Source: an uncultured cyanobacterium
Lineage (GTDB): Bacteria; Cyanobacteriota; Cyanobacteriia; Cyanobacteriales; Cyanobacteriaceae
DNA: 64,000 nt
Assembly (NCBI GenBank): GCA_963749915.1
Contig: CAVVOP010000027.1
Location: forward strand, 1-64,000
Direction: 5' to 3'
The position numbers and the translations under genes were made by a program. The notes under the pieces were generated by a model that saw only the letters and a list, made by a program, of their open reading frames with translations, was not told where the DNA came from and searched no databases. Shown here piece by piece: positions 62,601 to 64,000 of this stretch (position 1 is the first letter of the stretch; each line of letters opens with the position of its first letter).

Positions 62601-63999
62601 CAGCCTGACCAGAGCTAGATGCAGAAGTATTTAATTCGTTAATATTGATACTGCCACTAGTAGCTTCAAGGCTAATTGAACCACTATCTCCTATTGGTTG
62701 AATCGATTCGACAACATTAGCTTCTACAGCTTCCACTCCCGTAAGATTAATCCTATAGCTTCCCTGTTCAGGATTCTTAATCCATCCACTTAGAGGCAAA
62801 AGACCACCATCCCCAGTGGGGGCTTTGATGGCTTCAAAACCCGCTTCAAAACTGCTAGGAAAAATTTCGCCCCCTGAACTTACTGCATTATCACCAAAAG
62901 TACCAATTCCTAAATAATAGACTCCTGGTTCTGTTGGGGTTAGGACATCACCCGCAGGTAGAGTAGCTTGAAAGCAATTGCATCCAGCTTGGTCCTCATT
63001 GGCATAAACGCCCAAACCATCTGCATTAAAGAGGAATAATTGAGTATCTAACGTCGTTTCTGGATTGACAGTAGTAGCAGAGAAAGTTACCTCTCCTGTC
63101 AGATAAATTTGAAACAGGTCAACATCTTCAACGTTAGAGAGATTCCCAGAGATACTCTCTAGTGCTCCTCCTGGACTGTTACTGACAAATAGGGCAGTTT
63201 CAATTAACTCACCTGCATCACCGACAACAAGCACGGAAGTATCAATATTGCCAATGGTCAAACTTGCCCCAGAAATGGCAATATCTCGTCCATTCGTGAA
63301 AATGGTATCGGCGACATTATCCTCCATGACAAAATCACCCACACCATCCCTATCTGCATCGGCACTGAAGACAATTACCCCCGCACCAGTAGCTAACTCC
63401 AACCCATCATCACTTAAATCTTGCAACGTAATATCATTAGTCGCCTGGAGAACAATATTGGTATTCCCAGATAATCCCTCTAACTCTGACTCGTAAATAG
63501 TGGTCGGTGCTGTATCCTCTATCTCACTTAGGGATGCAGTTAAAATCGAACCCTCTACCCCAGAATTATTCCCCGCAAAGCTATCGGTACCATCTCCCGC
63601 TTCATCGCCCCTGCCATCAGCAATGGTAATATTGGTCGGATCGAGTAATAAAATTCCTGGCAATCCATTCACCGCACTGGTATTCACATTGCCTCGAAAT
63701 ATCAGGTGTTCCTTACCAGATACCTCCACTAAGCCGCCATTACCTGAATCTATCCCTCCTCTAGCACTGATATTGCCATAAAATCCTGTAACTTCATCTG
63801 CCCAGACAATGACTTTGCCCCCATTGCCATTAGTCAGGGCATCGGCATTGATGGTAACGTTATCACCTACATAGGTCCGCTTGGCATTGGGAACCACACC
63901 CCTACCCTGAAAATCTCCGCCAATTAGGACAGTTCCTCCACCAGCAGGAGCAGAAACATCAATGGTAGCATCTTCCAGTAGGGCCACCGTTTCTGTACC
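59692..63999 (-). CDS. Filamentous haemagglutinin (TpsA-like) family protein; 5' end outside the window
   Basis: GGKVIVWAD, GGLVEVSG, LLDP, repeated G-x-G-x-I-x-I beta-helix units and SDITANA/SDITASS tail. The frame is open to the window edge. Confidence 0.92.
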   Translation of the reverse strand, partial: GTETVALLEDATIDVSAPAGGGTVLIGGDFQGRGVVPNAKRTYVGDNVTINADALTNGNGGKVIVWADEVTGFYGNISARGGIDSGNGGLVEVSGKEHLIFRGNVNTSAVNGLPGILLLDPTNITIADGRGDEAGDGTDSFAGNNSGVEGSILTASLSEIEDTAPTTIYESELEGLSGNTNIVLQATNDITLQDLSDDGLELATGAGVIVFSADADRDGVGDFVMEDNVADTIFTNGRDIAISGASLTIGNIDTSVLVVGDAGELIETALFVSNSPGGALESISGNLSNVEDVDLFQIYLTGEVTFSATTVNPETTLDTQLFLFNADGLGVYANEDQAGCNCFQATLPAGDVLTPTEPGVYYLGIGTFGDNAVSSGGEIFPSSFEAGFEAIKAPTGDGGLLPLSGWIKNPEQGSYRINLTGVEAVEANVVESIQPIGDSGSISLEATSGSININELNTSASSSGQAGNVKAIANNTISMIGSSINSRTSGTGNGGDIYLSARDLNLQKTSVISAATSNIGRGGNINIDVRNLTIEDGSSIVTTTTGTTNNAGRGGDLTVNALESLKITGTIGSGEFLFSSALSTGTFGKGNAGNLTVTTGTLLLKDGGQLLTDTLPDSEGNGGNLTVTASESVQVIGGAISNSSRASALFAKTEGTGKAGNVTIITPNLLVQDGAEVSTSSGSFGTGGGSLTISASESVQVDGASTDGRFPSGVLAFTTGAGNAGNITITTGQLLVQNGGRVSTSTGGEGKAGTVIVKASELVQVLGTSGEGRFQSALLSEVSPGAEGNSGDITIDTGYLSLKDGALVNTGTSGVGNAGGIAITAADAISIEGEDSQGSVSGIFSTVAQGAVGDSEGIKITTDSLFLRDNATVSTRTEGEGKAGDIAIAANLSEITGGGQIQTNSTTNFDAADITLEISDNLFLSGTDTGLFAQTEGAGDAGNITINSPQLTIDQGASISAFTAASGDGGTITVNAPQAVLLTNNSQITVETSNVGTAGNITIITPLLTIGENAQLSTTATETSTSPKAGDITLNVSQLNIAGELGIFAETQSIADAGSLTIQTYQTNSNLNIQFTDEGFISTRTTDIGDGGSITITAPEIIDIRGDGSMTASTSGSGNAGEININTNNLNISDGVEISALTTGAGNAGNITLNLTESLFISDEGSGLFANTDVNSTGDGGDINVNSPLINLEDDGAIAVNSQGQGTGGNISLQADALTLANQSAITAETLSTDGGNIEITVGGNLVLRKNSQISASAGTAAAGGDGGNIKIDAKFVLAFPTEDSDITANAFIGNGGNISITAEGILGIEFREQPTPLSDITASSEFGLAGTVDINATEVNSNRGLITLPQQVDTKIVLGCDVDGEGAIAFYNMGRGGLLASPDQFLTSDTVIGEWLPLSPSLERFPQPEKLSSEVIFVFREGIKVRRLMPPCWQ

Positions 64000-64000
64000 C

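Noticed and set aside
58499..63781. Antisense ORFs within the RTX and haemagglutinin genes
   Set aside because: Codon-bias shadows of Gly/Asn/Thr-rich genes.

Overview
Cyanobacterial chromosomal window: AT-rich, more than 20 HIP1 GCGATCGC octamers, STRR-type heptamer repeats and cyanobacterial core genes. The gene style suggests a unicellular Geminocystis/Cyanobacterium-like host (inference). Bases 1-6.8 kb are a mobile-element graveyard: an intact IS4, a broken RAYT, a frameshifted IS1 that truncates a GlmS-like gene, a MITE and a mini IS200/IS605 element. Bases 6.8-50.5 kb are mostly housekeeping genes (rlpA, purM, minCDE, ggt, coaBC, fabD, hom, hslO, rimK, rlmN, ppc, metH, msrA, hemF, acsF) interspersed with pseudogenes and small repeats. 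Bases 51-64 kb are a surface/secreted-protein cluster: an RTX serralysin-like protease, a PilX-like protein, an RTX protein and a filamentous haemagglutinin. Two signals stand out. (i) A perfect 42-nt inverted copy of an internal ggt segment lies just downstream of minE, abutting an array of HIP1-punctuated micro-hairpins. (ii) The RTX protease gene is a mosaic: its high-GC protease module sits in frame inside an AT-rich genome and is bounded by copies of the gene's own repeat unit. I recognised no rRNA, tRNA or CRISPR array. I cannot confirm a new system from sequence alone.
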